A DNA stretch of 63,855 nucleotides, the filler included, from Octopus bimaculoides (taxonomy: Eukaryota): the NCBI RefSeq assembly GCF_001194135.2. It is 6 parts of 5 records of this genome, joined end to end, with 100 filler letters (N's around TTAATTAATTAA, not from the genome) between each part and the next. Parts side by side here need not be neighbours in the genome. Positions count along the whole stretch, not along the records: positions 19,526 to 40,976 come from NC_068983.1; positions 41,077 to 52,682 come from NC_068985.1; 4 more parts are not named here. One strand, given 5' to 3'. The first letter of the stretch is position 1. Each line of letters opens with the position of its first letter. Shown piece by piece: positions 37,426 to 50,551 of the stretch. The notes under the pieces are model-generated. The model saw only the letters and a program-made list of their open reading frames with translations, did not search any database and was not told where the DNA came from. The translations under genes and the position numbers were made by a program.

Positions 37426-37859
37426 NNNNNNNNNNNNNNNNNNNNNNNNNNNNNNNNNNNNNNNNNNNNNNNNNNNNNNNNNNNNNNNNNNNNNNNNNNN
37501 NNNNNNNNNNNNNNNNNNNNNNNNNNNNNNNNNNNNNNNNNNNNNNNNNNNNNNNNNNNNNNNNNNNNNNNNNNNNNNNNNNNNNNNNNNNNNNNNNNNN
37601 NNNNNNNNNNNNNNNNNNNNNNNNNNNNNNNNNNNNNNNNNNNNNNNNNNNNNNNNNNNNNNNNNNNNNNNNNNNNNNNNNNNNNNNNNNNNNNNNNNNN
37701 NNNNNNNNNNNNNNNNNNNNNNNNNNNNNNNNNNNNNNNNNNNNNNNNNNNNNNNNNNNNNNNNNNNNNNNNNNNNNNNNNNNNNNNNNNNNNNNNNNNN
37801 NNNNNNNNNACTAAAAATATCCGCCTATGGATATAATAATAGATTACTTTATTTTTTCT

Positions 37860-37908
37860 GTCTCCGATGAAGGGAAGTACTGGATCTTCCCAGAAACAGC
37901 TGTAAGAC
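37860..37908 (+). ncRNA. Type I minimal hammerhead-ribozyme-like motif (Penelope-type)
   Basis: GTCT-CCGATGA-aGGGAAG(loop)CTTCCCa-GAA-ACAGCTGT-A-AGAC: stem I, core with U4C, 6-bp stem II, palindromic stem III, GUA site. Confidence 0.55.
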
Positions 37909-37956
37909 TCTATCCATAAAATTCTTCAACTTTACCTTTGCTCTCTTTATCTTTTT

Positions 37957-37993
<37 letters not shown>

Positions 37994-38199
37994 TACGACA
38001 GACTTCTTTCAGTTTCCGTCTACCAAATCCACTCACAAGGCTTTGGTCGGCCCGAGGCTATAGTAGAAGACACTTTCCCAAGGTGCCACGCAGTGGGAAT
38101 GAACCCGGTTGGTAAGCAAGCTACTTACCACACAGCCACTCCTGCGCTTATATATGAACATTAATTATTTAATCCTTATAGTTTACAGCTTTGATAATC

Positions 38200-39210
38200 A
38201 GTGGCGATAAATTGCAATTACAACTATTTTATACTAAAGGAATGAGTGCAAGGATAGCGACAAAAAATTAATGATGTGAAAGGCCCAAGAATTGTCAGCG
38301 AACGTGTGGCATAAAACTGGTTCAGATGTTTCAAGGAAGGTGACAACAGCCTCAAAGAAAAACTAAAGTCAGGGCGCCTTCTGTTGTGTAAGATGAGGCT
38401 TTACTTGAAGTGTTTGAACAAAAGCCAAGCACAAGTACAACAGTCAAATACATTGTCGGCAAAACTAGGTCCTTCAAAAAGCCACATCAGACGACACCTT
38501 CATAAGCTTGGCTTTGTGAACAGACGGTGTCGAGAAGATCATGAACTAATCATTGATCAGGCCCAACAACTTGTAAACATTTGCAAACAACTGCTGCGAA
38601 ATCTTCGAGATGCCCATTTTTGGCGTCGAATTGTAACTGGGAATGAAAAATGGATCTATTTGTGTAATCGTAAGAGAAATCAGTGACTTCGTTCCGGCCA
38701 TGCTTCAGAACCTGTTATCTAACAAGGGCGGTTTGAACAAAAGATCATGTTGTATGTTTGGTGGAATTTCGAGGGTGTATTGTACTTTGAGTTTGTCCAG
38801 ATGCTCATGCTGTGAACGCTAACCTTTATGCTTGACAACTGCAGCGAGTACATGATGCTTTAAAAGCCCGCAATCTGGTATTGATCAATCAAAGATGCGT
38901 ACTTTTACAGCATGACAATGCCTCAGCAATAACTTCCAATGTGACCAAGCACAACCTTAAGGAACTTGCGTTGCTAGAAGTGCTACCGCACCCTGCCTAC
39001 AGTCCAGACCTTGCACCATCAGATTACTTACTTTTCCGAATGATGGCTCATTACCTGCACGGACTGAGATTCAACAATGTGGATTGAAGTTGAAAATGGA
39101 TTGAAGGAGATTTTTGCATCTAACTCAGCCAAATGGTATAAACGTGGAAGTGAGCTTCCGGCTCAACGATGGCAACTGACAATAGAATATGATGGGATAT
39201 TTTTGATGAA
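38200..39210 (+). mobile_element. mariner (D,D34D-type) transposase pseudogene
   Basis: WFRCFKEGDNSLKEKLKSGR, IVTGNEKWIY, MLYVWWNFEG, LQHDNA, HPAYSPDLAPSDYLLF, RW...EYDG; stops and frameshifts present. Confidence 0.9.
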
Positions 39211-39459
39211 TAAACGCTTTTCGTGTGTAATTTGTTTGAACAATTACATAAGTAGTAGACTGGAGTCAATTTATTTGACGTTTTGCTTCAAAGGAGTTCG
39301 TCTGCATGTTCATCCAATGATCCACATAAAAAAAAACAAAAAAAAAAACGGAAAAACTTTTAACGAAAAGTGGAAAAAGAAATAAATGTTGAATAACAAC
39401 AAAAAGTGTGGGTCGGGTGAAAAATGAAAATAAAAAAGTCACAGGCTGAAATTTTGTCT

Positions 39460-40076
39460 TTTATCTTGTTTCACTCATTAGACTGCGACTTTGATGGGCA
39501 CCGCCTTCAAGGGTTTTACTCGAACAGTAATTATATTAGGTCTGATACTTATTGTACCTTTGTCTTTTGCCGAACCGCTAAGTTACATGGGACGTAAACA
39601 AAGCAGCACTGGCTGTAAAGCAGTGGTGGTGGAAAGACACTCACACACACACGCGCGCGTGCATGCACACACATACACGTGCGTGTGCACATGTGTTTTT
39701 ATGTATGCATATATTTAGGCTTCTTTCAGTTTCCACCTACCAAACCAACTCCCAAGGCTTTGGGTTGAAGTAGAAGACATTTGTCCAAGATGTCATGCAG
39801 TGGGACTGAACCCAAGTCCACGTGGACTGCACCCATATTATCTCTTACCTTGTACCTTTTACCTTTTACTTGTTTCAGTCATTAAACTGCGGCCATTCCG
39901 GGGCACCACATTGAAGAATTTTTTAGTCGAATGAATCGACCCCAGCACTTATTTTTGTTAAGCCTGGTACTTATTCCATCAGGTCCTCTCATCGAACCGT
40001 TAAGTTACGGGGACGTAAACCTGACACCACCGGTTGTCAAGCAGTACAAGGTCACACAAACACACACACACACACA

Positions 40077-40110
<34 letters not shown>

Positions 40111-40235
40111 ATGGGCTTATTTTAGTTTCCGTCTACCAAATCCACTCACAAGATTTTGGTTGGCCCGGAGCTATAGTTGTACCTTTCCCATGTGGCTGGG
40201 GGTAAGTCTCTTACCACACAGCCACGCCTGCGCCT
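39460..40235 (-). mobile_element. Two tandem SINE family A copies
   Basis: Family A motifs at about 39460-39830 and 39860-40235. Confidence 0.8.
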
Positions 40236-40638
40236 ATTAGTTAAAAAAAAAAAAAACTCAGAAAATTATAGAATTTAACTTATTGTTAAAAATCGAAATA
40301 TAAACGTGAAATAGTGTTTGAAATTTTGTACATCTCTAATTCATGCTAATGAAATCATTATGTCTGTATATAGAAACGAAGCACACTAGCGAACGCTGGC
40401 GAAAATAGTCGAAGGTAGTCGAATGCAGCCTAACATTGGTGAGCAATTTTTGGCAAAACGTTCGGTTAATGCGTATAATGTTTGATAAATCTTGTGAAAT
40501 GTATTCTTTTGACAGTTTTATCTTTATAACGTCAAGTTGTCAAGACAGAACTATTTGTCTTCTGTGTGAGATGAGAGCTTCAAACCCTCAGGCCAAACAT
40601 CTGCCTCACGTTTAATAAAAGGGAGAGAGAAAAAAAGA

Positions 40639-40655
40639 ATGATGTTGGTGATAAC

Positions 40656-40704
<49 letters not shown>

Positions 40705-40892
40705 GTAACAAACGTGATGATGGTGGCGGTCTTGGTAAGTGATGATAAGTATGATGAGGAGGAGAAGCAGGAAGAAGAGAAGGAAGGGGAGGGGAATAAA
40801 AATGATGATAATGGTGGTGTTGGTGGTGATGATGATGATGATGCTGATGATGATGACGACGATGATGACGATGGTGATGATGATGACGACGG
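40639..40892. repeat. (GAT)n/(GGT)n compound trinucleotide repeat
   Basis: Directly visible. Confidence 0.9.
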
Positions 40893-41139
40893 AGTATTTT
40901 AATTTTAGCCTAAGTTCACAATTTTGATTTGCAAATATAATTGCTATCACAGTCCCTCGTAGTTAACTAGTATCATNNNNNNNNNNNNNNNNNNNNNNNN
41001 NNNNNNNNNNNNNNNNNNNNTTAATTAATTAANNNNNNNNNNNNNNNNNNNNNNNNNNNNNNNNNNNNNNNNNNNNATAATGTATATATATGTATATATA
41101 ATGTATATATATATATGTATGTATTACATACACAAAATA

Positions 41140-41310
41140 GATTTCTTTCACTTTCTGTCTACCAAATAAACTTCCAATGCTTTGGTCAGCCCAAGGCTCG
41201 AGAAGACATTTGCCCAAGGTGCCAGGCAGGACTGAATGCAGAACCATGTGGTTGGGAAGCAAACTTCCCACATGGTTCTTACTACATGTCAGTAAGAAGT
41301 TTGCTTCTTA
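41140..41310 (-). mobile_element. SINE family A, 5' part
   Basis: agaagacatttgcccaaggtgcc...ggactgaa. Confidence 0.7.
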
Positions 41311-41779
41311 ACACACAGTAATACATAATATACACATGTATAAATACATACATATATGCATAGTTGGAAATTGTAATGAGGAAGATACCAGCAATGCATA
41401 GTAAATTCTACATCAGCAGTGACAGAATTTATGTTAAATGGATGGATAAATGAAGATACCTAAGACAGACAGCCTTCGAGTATAGTGGTGTCACTTAGAC
41501 AACTACTGAACAATAAAGAGGAGTACATCACTTGTATACTCAGTGAAAGTAAATAACATTGAGATTAGGTAGAGAACTCCTACAAAGGTACTGAGTGTAC
41601 AGCTGCTCCATGTAAACCAAGCTTAATTGGACTGACCTACTTATGCAGACTTAGAAAAGGAATATTCATTATACCAGCCAAAAGTTATGCCTGCATAGAT
41701 ATTCCGTAAGTTAGAGAATGCCAACAACACTGACATGAATTGTAGCCTTCTTAGACCTGTGATAAGTACTTAACACTTC

Positions 41780-42005
41780 ATTTGGAAGGCTACGCCTTTG
41801 TTATCCAAGAATTGGAGAGTTACTAAATACCTGCTCAACATAAAAAAATACCTCTTAGATTTCCACACCATGATAGAAAGTGTCAATTGTGCAATGCCAG
41901 TGTGGAAAGTATCACCCATATCATCAGTAGCAGTACAAAAAGGTTTGCAAGATACTACCGTCCCAGGAGACAAGTACAATGCGATATGCAGGATCATCTT
42001 CAAGG
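41780..42005 (+). mobile_element. RLE-type non-LTR zinc-knuckle fragment
   Basis: RKCQLCNASVESITHIISS. Confidence 0.6.
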
Positions 42006-42009
42006 CCAC

Positions 42010-42800
42010 AAGAAAGCATACTTCATTTTTCTCTAATCGTCACAAATCCTCTGCATTCAAGGCCCACATCTTACTACCAAACAGCATCATACTCTGTACA
42101 CCAGTATCATATATCCTGACCTTCACTGAGGGAAAAGCTCCCTGAACTTTTTCTAACCATTGCTAATGTTTTCTAATCATCCACCCTACATCCAGAGAGC
42201 TACCTGTGCATCGAAAAAAGTATTTTGCATGGTTTTTTGTACTAATTACCCCTGTGCATCATCTGATGTGAAGTCTACCCATCTGTTAACTTGCTTGTGA
42301 TCCCATTACACGTCTTGTTTAGCTATAGTTTACATAGCCAATCTGATAGCTATTTCTTATGAGCAACAGGGTTGTCTTCTTCCCTACTTTCTAATTTTTT
42401 AGTCTTTGTCAAGTTTACTTTGAAGCCTCTCAATTCTAGATTTGGTTTCCATGCTTGCAATTTCTTTATTTCTACTACAGATTCAGCTAAAAGTCAGGTC
42501 TGCATATGATTTCCTATATGCAACTAGTGTCTTTACTCTAACATTATGACTTGAAGGACTATAAAGAACAGAAGGGAGCTAAGAACCAAGCCCCAATATA
42601 CTCCCTTCATGCTGATCTCATTGCTCTAATTCATTGCATTTTACTAATTTGCTGTTTGCACATGTGTATTACTTATACAGCCCCAAAATGCCTTTCATCA
42701 GCCCCAAGCTTCCTCAGTATCACTTGACCACAGAGCAAGGCATCTTACTAAAGATCATCTTATGGCTAGATACTTCTGGCATTGATGGCACTTTCTAATG
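42010..42800 (-). mobile_element. RTE-clade LINE reverse transcriptase fragment, old and CpG-depleted
   Basis: Reverse complement gives LLFFIVLQ..., LAESVVEIKKLQAWK.NLE.RGFKVNL.KTK, RCNGIT, KVRIYDTGVQSMMLFGSKMWAL...RLEKNE. Confidence 0.75.
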
Positions 42801-45800
42801 CAAAAGCAAATCTGTTTGTACAAACAGAGCAAAATACAGGTTAAAACTAGAGTATTTATGAGGGCAGAGATACATAATGTATATATTTCTAACTGCACCT
42901 TTTACTCCTTTGTACCTACTATGTCTTCATCCGATGCTCTTTTGCATAGTGCCCCACCTTTCCTTTTTAATACACCATGCCATTCATCACATTCTCTATC
43001 ATTTCTATGATTACCTGTAACTAGCCCTCCCTTGTCCACTGCCACCAGTCTCTCTCCAAACAATACCTGAGTAAAAAGAGTTTGTATCAGATCTACTGAT
43101 ATCCAATGTGCTTCTTTATTACCTTTATTGTGTTGCTTGCTCTAGCTCAGGATATACTTTTATCGACAACCATCACTCTTATCTTCTATTAACACCACTA
43201 CTGCTCTTTTGTACTGGCTAACATTACCCTTAAATAGATACCTGGGTCACTACTTACATCCAACACACTCACTTAGCAGTGACCATTTCTATGACTACTT
43301 ACTATCTCACATGCAATCTTTTTAGTTGCCATTATTTTCTGCTGTTATTTCATTACCCACTGCCTCCCTTCATTACTCTAGTTCTGTCTCTTCCCATTTC
43401 TTCTTCCTCTCTCTGTTATATTTTCTCCTTCTCACCTCAGTTCATCTGCAGGCACCCTTTCTTTTTTTCATTCTAATGATCACTATGTGCTGAACAAGTG
43501 AAAAAAATAAGCTGTGAAGCCCCTTTTTTGTCTAGCAGAGAACAAAGCGACCTCACCAGTGCAGGTACCACAATGAAATGTACCTAGTATTCTGTAAAGT
43601 GATTACTGCTAGGAAGAGCATCTAGCAACAGAAACCATGTCAAAATAAAATATACAAATGAGTTGTGATTCCCCAACCACACTCAGAAAGAAAGTAACTA
43701 CAAATAAGGCTCAGACTATGACCACCATGCCATTATGGATAGCAGATATATGATGATACACATACCCAACAATTTATATACACACACAAAGGGTACGAAT
43801 TATTTCTTTAAAATTTACACAAAACACAGAAAAATGTTTAAAGATAATGCTAGATGAGCTATCATCAGGAAATTATAAGAGGTAATTTTAAAAAGTAAAC
43901 GAAATCTATATTGTTTCCGAGAACAAATGAAGCTATCCAAGAACCACACCAGTAGTTCTATGAAAAGAATTCAAATTCTTTTACTGCTGTAAAGCATCAG
44001 CCATACTATCACAAATCAAGTCAAGAATTTACTCAAAGTTCTCCACTATCAAAATATAATAAACTAAATTCCTAAGTAAATATATATTATCGGTTCAATC
44101 CTGGCATAGTTCAATATTTATAGTCTAACATTAAATTTTGAAAAAAAAAATTATTGGATATAAAAGGACTTTTGTATTTCTTAATGTAAGTTGCACGTGT
44201 TCAACCTATTTTATATTACACTCCCTCACCAAGGATCTATATCATGTGCTCAAACAATTGGTTGGAGGGAAACTGACTCATATTTCTGTGTATGTCTGTA
44301 TATATAGGTGTGTGTGATACACACACCCTATTCGCATAGCAAGAAAATGTTCACTAACACATCAGCTGAGAAGTATCAGGAATGTTAGCTTCTATATATC
44401 AGACATGGTCCGAGAAAAACAAGGATGATTTCCGCAAAAGTTTATGTAGTTATTAGTATTGTTGAAACCGAGTAGTATGATCATCACTCTTAAGTGAAAA
44501 TTGCCAAAAGAACTCAGCGACAACTATTGCTGACCTTTTTAAACTCCTAGGAGCATTGAATAATTAAATCTTTTAATTAAGAAATGATTAGATTACAAAT
44601 TAAGATATGTGCAAAATCTATTTCACAGTGAGTAAATATGATAAATTAATTACTATTTAATTATAATAGACTTTTGTTTAAGCTACCAGATCGCAAGTTA
44701 TAAATTACTGTAGCTTATTAACAGCAAGGATTTTAAAACTCATTCAAATAAGCAACTATTGAACATACTGTTGAGGGAAAAGTGCCTTGTAGGAAAGAGA
44801 GAATGGGTGGGAAGTTAACTTGTTGAAACTAAAAATCAAGACAATTTACACGAATGACAATGCAGTCTACTGAACGATTGTATAGCGCTAACAGGAATGA
44901 GGTACGATCAAAGTCGATACAGACGAGAGTCCTAACTCGAAAAGTGAAAACAATAAAGTATTTAATTCAGCTCTCTACCATCTGCATGTCAGATTTAAGT
45001 TGAATTCATGCTTCTCTAAACAGAAACTGAAGAAAAGACAAGCGAACACTTGCTCAGATTCCACTTTGTCGAGAAAAAAAAATTACATAAGAAAACTAAT
45101 CTTAACACGTGTATGGTGGGTTTTCTGTAATTTTATTTCGTATTTCCTAGAGTATGACGCAAGTCACCTGACATGCACCTAAACTATTTGATACACCAGT
45201 TAATTTAATATTTAAGATGACAGTACGAGAATGATTGACGTTTGTGTCTATGAAAAAAAAAAAAGACTCGGAAAAAGCAATGAGATATCGCAGTAATTTC
45301 ACGATCATTTTGACATATTTCCACCGCCAGATTGATACTTAAACACTGTTCGAAGCAATGCTGACAAATAATCCATCGACAGATTAAAATGACACAAACA
45401 AAATAGTATGAACGATTTAACAGAATTAAAAAAAAAAAAAATACTAACATATTTAAAGCATTACTTTTTTAAAGGGCAACTATTTAAAATTCCATTAGTC
45501 GATATAACTAAAATATAATTAACAATAAGCTAATAGACACTAATGAAACTATTTCATAAAGTCATCAAAGTAATATACACGAGGACCATATTAACAGCGA
45601 AATGATAAACTAATTAGGAAAGATGTCTCACATTGGGATCCAGAAAGCTTTACCACCATGCAACTCATTTAAAACAATTTTTCATATGCTTTCAGCAAGT
45701 AATATGCAAAGTAAAAGTTTTTGTATCATTCAAGCTGCAAGAACTGGTCCCCGATTTTTGAGGCAATCGCAATGGACAAAGCTTGAAAGATATAAAAGTG

Positions 45801-46058
45801 ACTATAATATCTAAGTATCATTCATACAACTCCGAAACAAGGATTTTATATTCTCAGATTGGCACCAATCTAACACCAGAATAAAAATAATCGATATTGT
45901 GTAGTGACGAGCAAATCCTGACACTGATTTACCATACTTTCTTTTAATACTCTGAAGGCGCATTCCTGCGCAGATATTCATTTACACACACACGTGTTTC
46001 AAACTACATGACACTGATACGCAGGCAATTCTTTGATGCGTTCGTTCATTATTACTAT

Positions 46059-46105
<47 letters not shown>

Positions 46106-46115
46106 NNNNNNNNNN

Positions 46116-46153
<38 letters not shown>

Positions 46154-46606
46154 TACATGTACATATTTGCTATTTTTTATTTGGACATTTTTTCAAAAAA
46201 TCGCTGTAGTGAAACAAAAAAAGTTTTACGATTAAGAGAGGGGAAAAGGACGGAACTTGATAATTCACTAATAGCTATTTTCGTTGGTAATAAAGCGACT
46301 TTGTAACAAAATGAAACACTTAAGAATAGATAAGAAACATGCAATTAGATGTGCGCGCGCGCGTATGTGAAAATTTAAGTGTAATGCTGGGAGTGAAAAA
46401 ATTAACAGAACATGTATTATTCCCTGATATATTAATGTAATTAACCTAAATAATATCAATATATTTTCCCAGTTTCCAAACTGAATGCTTGCCCTAAGTA
46501 TTTCTTTTATTCCATCGCGATTTGTCTGCCATTTTGAAAAACGTGTTAACTCCTTCCGCCAACAGAATAGTCGTCGTTCGTCCTTTCTTTACGCTGCCTT
46601 ACTTAC

Positions 46607-46648
46607 CATGAATTTCCTTCACAATACATTAACAGTAGAGTCATTTTA
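46607..46648 (-). other. Candidate 42-nt alternative or cryptic exon in importin intron 1
   Basis: Minus strand: ttgccttcAG|TAAAATGAC...TTCATG|GTAAGT. Confidence 0.3.
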
Positions 46649-46930
46649 CTGAAGGCAAATTTTCAACGGGAATCAATTTAGTACGTATACATATGAACCT
46701 TTTACAAGGTTGATCTGTCAAAAACTTCCAGAGGAATATAAAGTTTTCGAAACATGCATCTATTCCTCACGTATGTGCGTAATATATAACATCGGTTTTA
46801 ACTAAATTATATGGAATTACGAGCACTTGCACGAGTTTTTTTTTTTATCTTTTTGATAACTGTGCTATCTATATTATTCTTCAAAGCGTCAATCAAAAGA
46901 ATTTTAACAATCTTTATGAGTGAATCTTAC

Positions 46931-47014
46931 CTCATGAAGCTTCTGCTCGGCTTGCTCACGGCGAGCCGGGTCCAATGTTGCTTGCAACACTTCAACAAGT
47001 TCGTTTATGTCCAT
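46931..47014 (-). CDS. IPO7: Importin-7/8 (karyopherin-beta family, moleskin-like) coding exon 1; rest of the gene not in the window
   Basis: MDINELVEVLQATLDPARREQAEQKLHE|GTAAGA aligns residue for residue with the human IPO7 N-terminus [28 protein letters not shown]; phase-0 donor after residue 28. Confidence 0.9.
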
Positions 47015-47570
47015 GTTAGTTTCGGTTTACTCTTTCACTCGTGGAGAAAACTATCAGTCGTAACCGACTCAATGAAGTGAGAGGAAAGCAAGGTTACTCA
47101 ACAAATGAACTGACTTCAATAAATAAGAACAATATTATCGCTTTTTCCTTTCCTTTTTTTTTATTATTATTTAAAGTCACCCTATTGGGACTTGTGTAAT
47201 TTTTCTCCGTTCGGTGAAAATAATAGCAGTTTTAGTATTGTAAAGGAAGATTGTTAATTTATGTTAGATTCTGTTCGTGATTCACTGGACTGCTATTTTG
47301 TTATAGTTCTTTTTAATGATATAAAATAGCCGAAATAGCGTGTTATGTCCTAAGACGCGCCAACACGGACGCTTAATGCGCAGACTCGTACAAAAAGGAT
47401 GTATTGCCGGAAGTTGGACTGACAATGAGGCATCATCGTTCCACGCCTGCTTACTCCAATAAAATGTTCGTGTTGGTTCGTGTCCGATCGAGTCCAATGG
47501 CGGGCGAATAGCGAAATAGAATGTCCTACACTGTTTTGGTGTCAGGTGATGCTTGTTCAGTGGCACGTGA
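47015..47570 (-). promoter_or_regulatory. Importin 5' UTR and promoter region (possibly bidirectional)
   Basis: CpG-retaining; pyrimidine initiator-like CTTTCCTCTCAC on the minus strand (47077-47088), ETS GCCGGAAGT 47406-47414, CCAAT 47494-47498, CACGTG 47564-47569. Confidence 0.6.
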
Positions 47571-48915
47571 TGTTTTTGATGTCATCATTAATTAATGTTC
47601 CTGAGAAGAAAGAACAATAAAGAAAATAAAAGTTCATCTTTATTAAAGAACTAATATATTTTCATCATATAACAAAATGGGAAGGTGTAGCACTTGGTAA
47701 AAAAAAGTTAGAAGTTATTTAATGTTGCTGGAAAAAAAATGCTTTCTCTCATATTCTTCAAATTTTATTTAGGTCATTGTTTTGGCTCACTGATTTTCAA
47801 TGTGTATTCCTTACAATTAGATTTAATTTACACAAGTTTATATCACAGATAAGAGACATCTTCCACTTCCAAATTGTTTGCTATAATAAGAATTAAAAGT
47901 TACAAACTCAGCTGACAGAGTTTGTATCAATTTTAAAAAATGGAATTTGAAAATTTTCTTAAATCTAAAATTATAGATTCTTTGGTGTATAAATTTTAAT
48001 AAATTGTCATGACTGAAGAATCACATTGGAATGAATGTTATAGTTGGATGTTAAGGATCAGAAAACAACAGAAGAATTATATGTGTCAAGGATATTAACA
48101 ACTTTAGAAGTCAAGAATATTTTCTAGTCCATTCATCTTATCACTTTACAGTAAGGCTTCCTTCGAAGAACTGCAAGTATAGCCAGATACAACTACTACT
48201 ATGTTTCTTATGTATCTTCTAACAAATTATCAATAGCAACCCAAAGGTTTTAAAGATAAAACTTGCCCCATATGTGAAGTGAGCACCAACAGCATAAGTG
48301 CAGGATTGAAATATGCATAGGGGGCAAACTCTGGTCCAAACTGTTTTTAAAAAATGCTTTTTTTTTTTAATCTTAATATCAAAACAAACAGGTATAATGA
48401 TTATTATTATTTTATTTGTACATCAATCAAAATCATACAAATCCAATAATGGAAAAGTAATGTTTCAAATCAGTTCAATGTGTTTCTATGCTCATTCATT
48501 TTGGCAATGAGGATTTTCAGGAGGATGTTCAAAGTATTCTCATTGCCCCAAAATAGTTTAGGGAGTGTGCTTGCACCCCCTGTTCTTGAGCCTATAACTA
48601 TCTGAGTAGGAAAAACCGTAGTGTTTAATATAAATCAGTTATTGAATCATTTGATATTGTACCAGCACTTACTACAGTTTTTATCTGTTTGTGTAAAGTA
48701 ACTGCATATGCAATAATTCAGGAAGGTATTTAGATTTTTCTGATTAAGCAATGCTTTTCCTTCTTTTCTATCCTTCCAAGCAGGGCCATCGCTATGCCCC
48801 TTTACAAGCTCTTGTTTAGCCCAGGTGAGCTTTGAATAAGCAAACCTGTGATCAAAGACATTTTTGATCATCTCATGTTTTATTTTCAGATATTACTGTA
48901 TCTAGAACTAAATCA

Positions 48916-49574
48916 GTCAGCTTATCCAATCCATTTTTTTTTTCAAGATGGTAGATAAGACTTAGCTGTCATTTCTAGCAAGTCAAGTGACTGTGAATAT
49001 AGTTTGCCTCTTTGACTCAAGAAATGGTCAGTTGGCAGAAATGGTGGAGTGCAAAATTAAACAATTTATTCTTTTTAATTTTCTTTATATTCTGGGTTCA
49101 GCTCATTAGTCAATGAGGTGGCAGACAACCAGCTGAAATGTCAACAGTTTGCATTTTGTTACCAACTTTATATTTTGTCCATCATCAAAATATATTGTAA
49201 TAAAAGGTCTGTTTAGTTTTTGAGCCAAAAATTTTTAGCAAGATTTAATCAAGTTCCATCTTTGGTATTTTGTCATGTCCACAAAAGTAAATTACATCTT
49301 TTTACACTTAGGATATAATGACATTATTCAAGAAAACACTTTCTCACTACCCTCATGTTCAACCTGATTAAATAAAGCATCATGTCATTCTCTACAAATT
49401 TCATAGAAGGGTTAGTGCAAGTTAGATAGCAATATCCATTCAGAGCATTTCTGCCAACTGACCATTTCTTGAGTCAAGGAGGCAAACTATATTCACAGTC
49501 ACTTGACTTGCTAGAAATGACAGCTAAGTCTTATCTACCATCTTGAAAAAAAAGAATGGGTTGGATAAGCTGAC
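48916..49574. repeat. Near-perfect inverted repeat, arms 48916-49043 and 49446-49574
   Basis: About 128-bp arms with about 3 differences; about 400-bp spacer. Confidence 0.92.
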
Positions 49575-50039
49575 CAGTAATGGTTATAAGTATGATACTG
49601 ATAGATTTACTCAAATGGTCTATTGATCAGTTGAGAAGAATTGAATGACCAAACAAAATTAATGCTACTTGAATCAAAGCCATTTCTGGTTATAGCAAAG
49701 CAGAACACTGAAGGAATGGTATGTGCATGGAAGGTGGAGGAAAAGAGGGTAAGAAGCAAGTAGAATAGTGAAAAACAGGAAGTCAGGTTACAAAAGGGTG
49801 AAGAGAAGGAAGGAAAGAATAGAGGAAAGGGTCATTTAATAAAAGGAAAGGGATAGGATGGCTGAAATTTGGGAAAAGGGCTGTCATAAAACATTAGTGT
49901 TTGTAGTCAGCTCAACACACACAACATGATTGAATTGTTTTTAGATTAGATATTCTCCAAATATTGTTATTTCAAGATGGTAATTTTTTTTCTTGCTAAA
50001 TAAACACATTCACTATATATTCATTCTTCAATTGTTTAC

Positions 50040-50551
50040 TATTGTCCTTATTTTATCTTATATCCATTGTCTGGAAATCTTTTGTCACACACCTGCGACC
50101 TCTTCATCAACTCTTCCATCCCACATGTATCCACCTGTTCTGTTTAGTCCATTCTGTCTTTCTATGATGTGTATCCTTATCTGTGCATGAGTTTGCATCT
50201 CTGTGTATGTGTGCATACATGTGCATGTGCATACGTGAGTATGTGTTTTGTGCGTGTGTATATGGGTTTACTTACTATATTGTTAGTATCCATGCCCTTT
50301 ATATAGATCTTTTTATTTATTTACTTATTTATTTCTATTTTTTATATCTTATAAGTATGTACATGTATGTCTTTTGTATATTTATACATGGGTTATATTA
50401 TACTGCTTGCATCTGTCTTCTTTTTTCTTCTGTCTTTAGTCATTGTGCTGCATGGTGTAGTGGTGATGGATGTTACTGTTCCATTCATGTTTTCTGTTGC
50501 GGCTTGGTCTGCCTATTATTATGTGTGTGGCCTCTGCAATTTGTTCTTAGT
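50040..50551 (-). mobile_element. Inverted Penelope pLTR (endonuclease 3' end, UTR and hammerhead-like core)
   Basis: 50432-50551 aligns with the reverse complement of about 52150-52271. Confidence 0.75.

Noticed and set aside
45630-45782. Importin exon 2 candidate (good acceptor, GTGAGA donor); also the acceptor near 45030
   Set aside because: Stops in all frames or in the required frame, and no similarity to the expected HK..F...LLQ...PVRQAG
48781-48824. 44-nt plus-strand exon candidate with strong-looking splice sites
   Set aside because: The peptide is unrecognisable and the sequence looks like decayed repeat; kept only as a weak candidate for the hypothetical rightward gene
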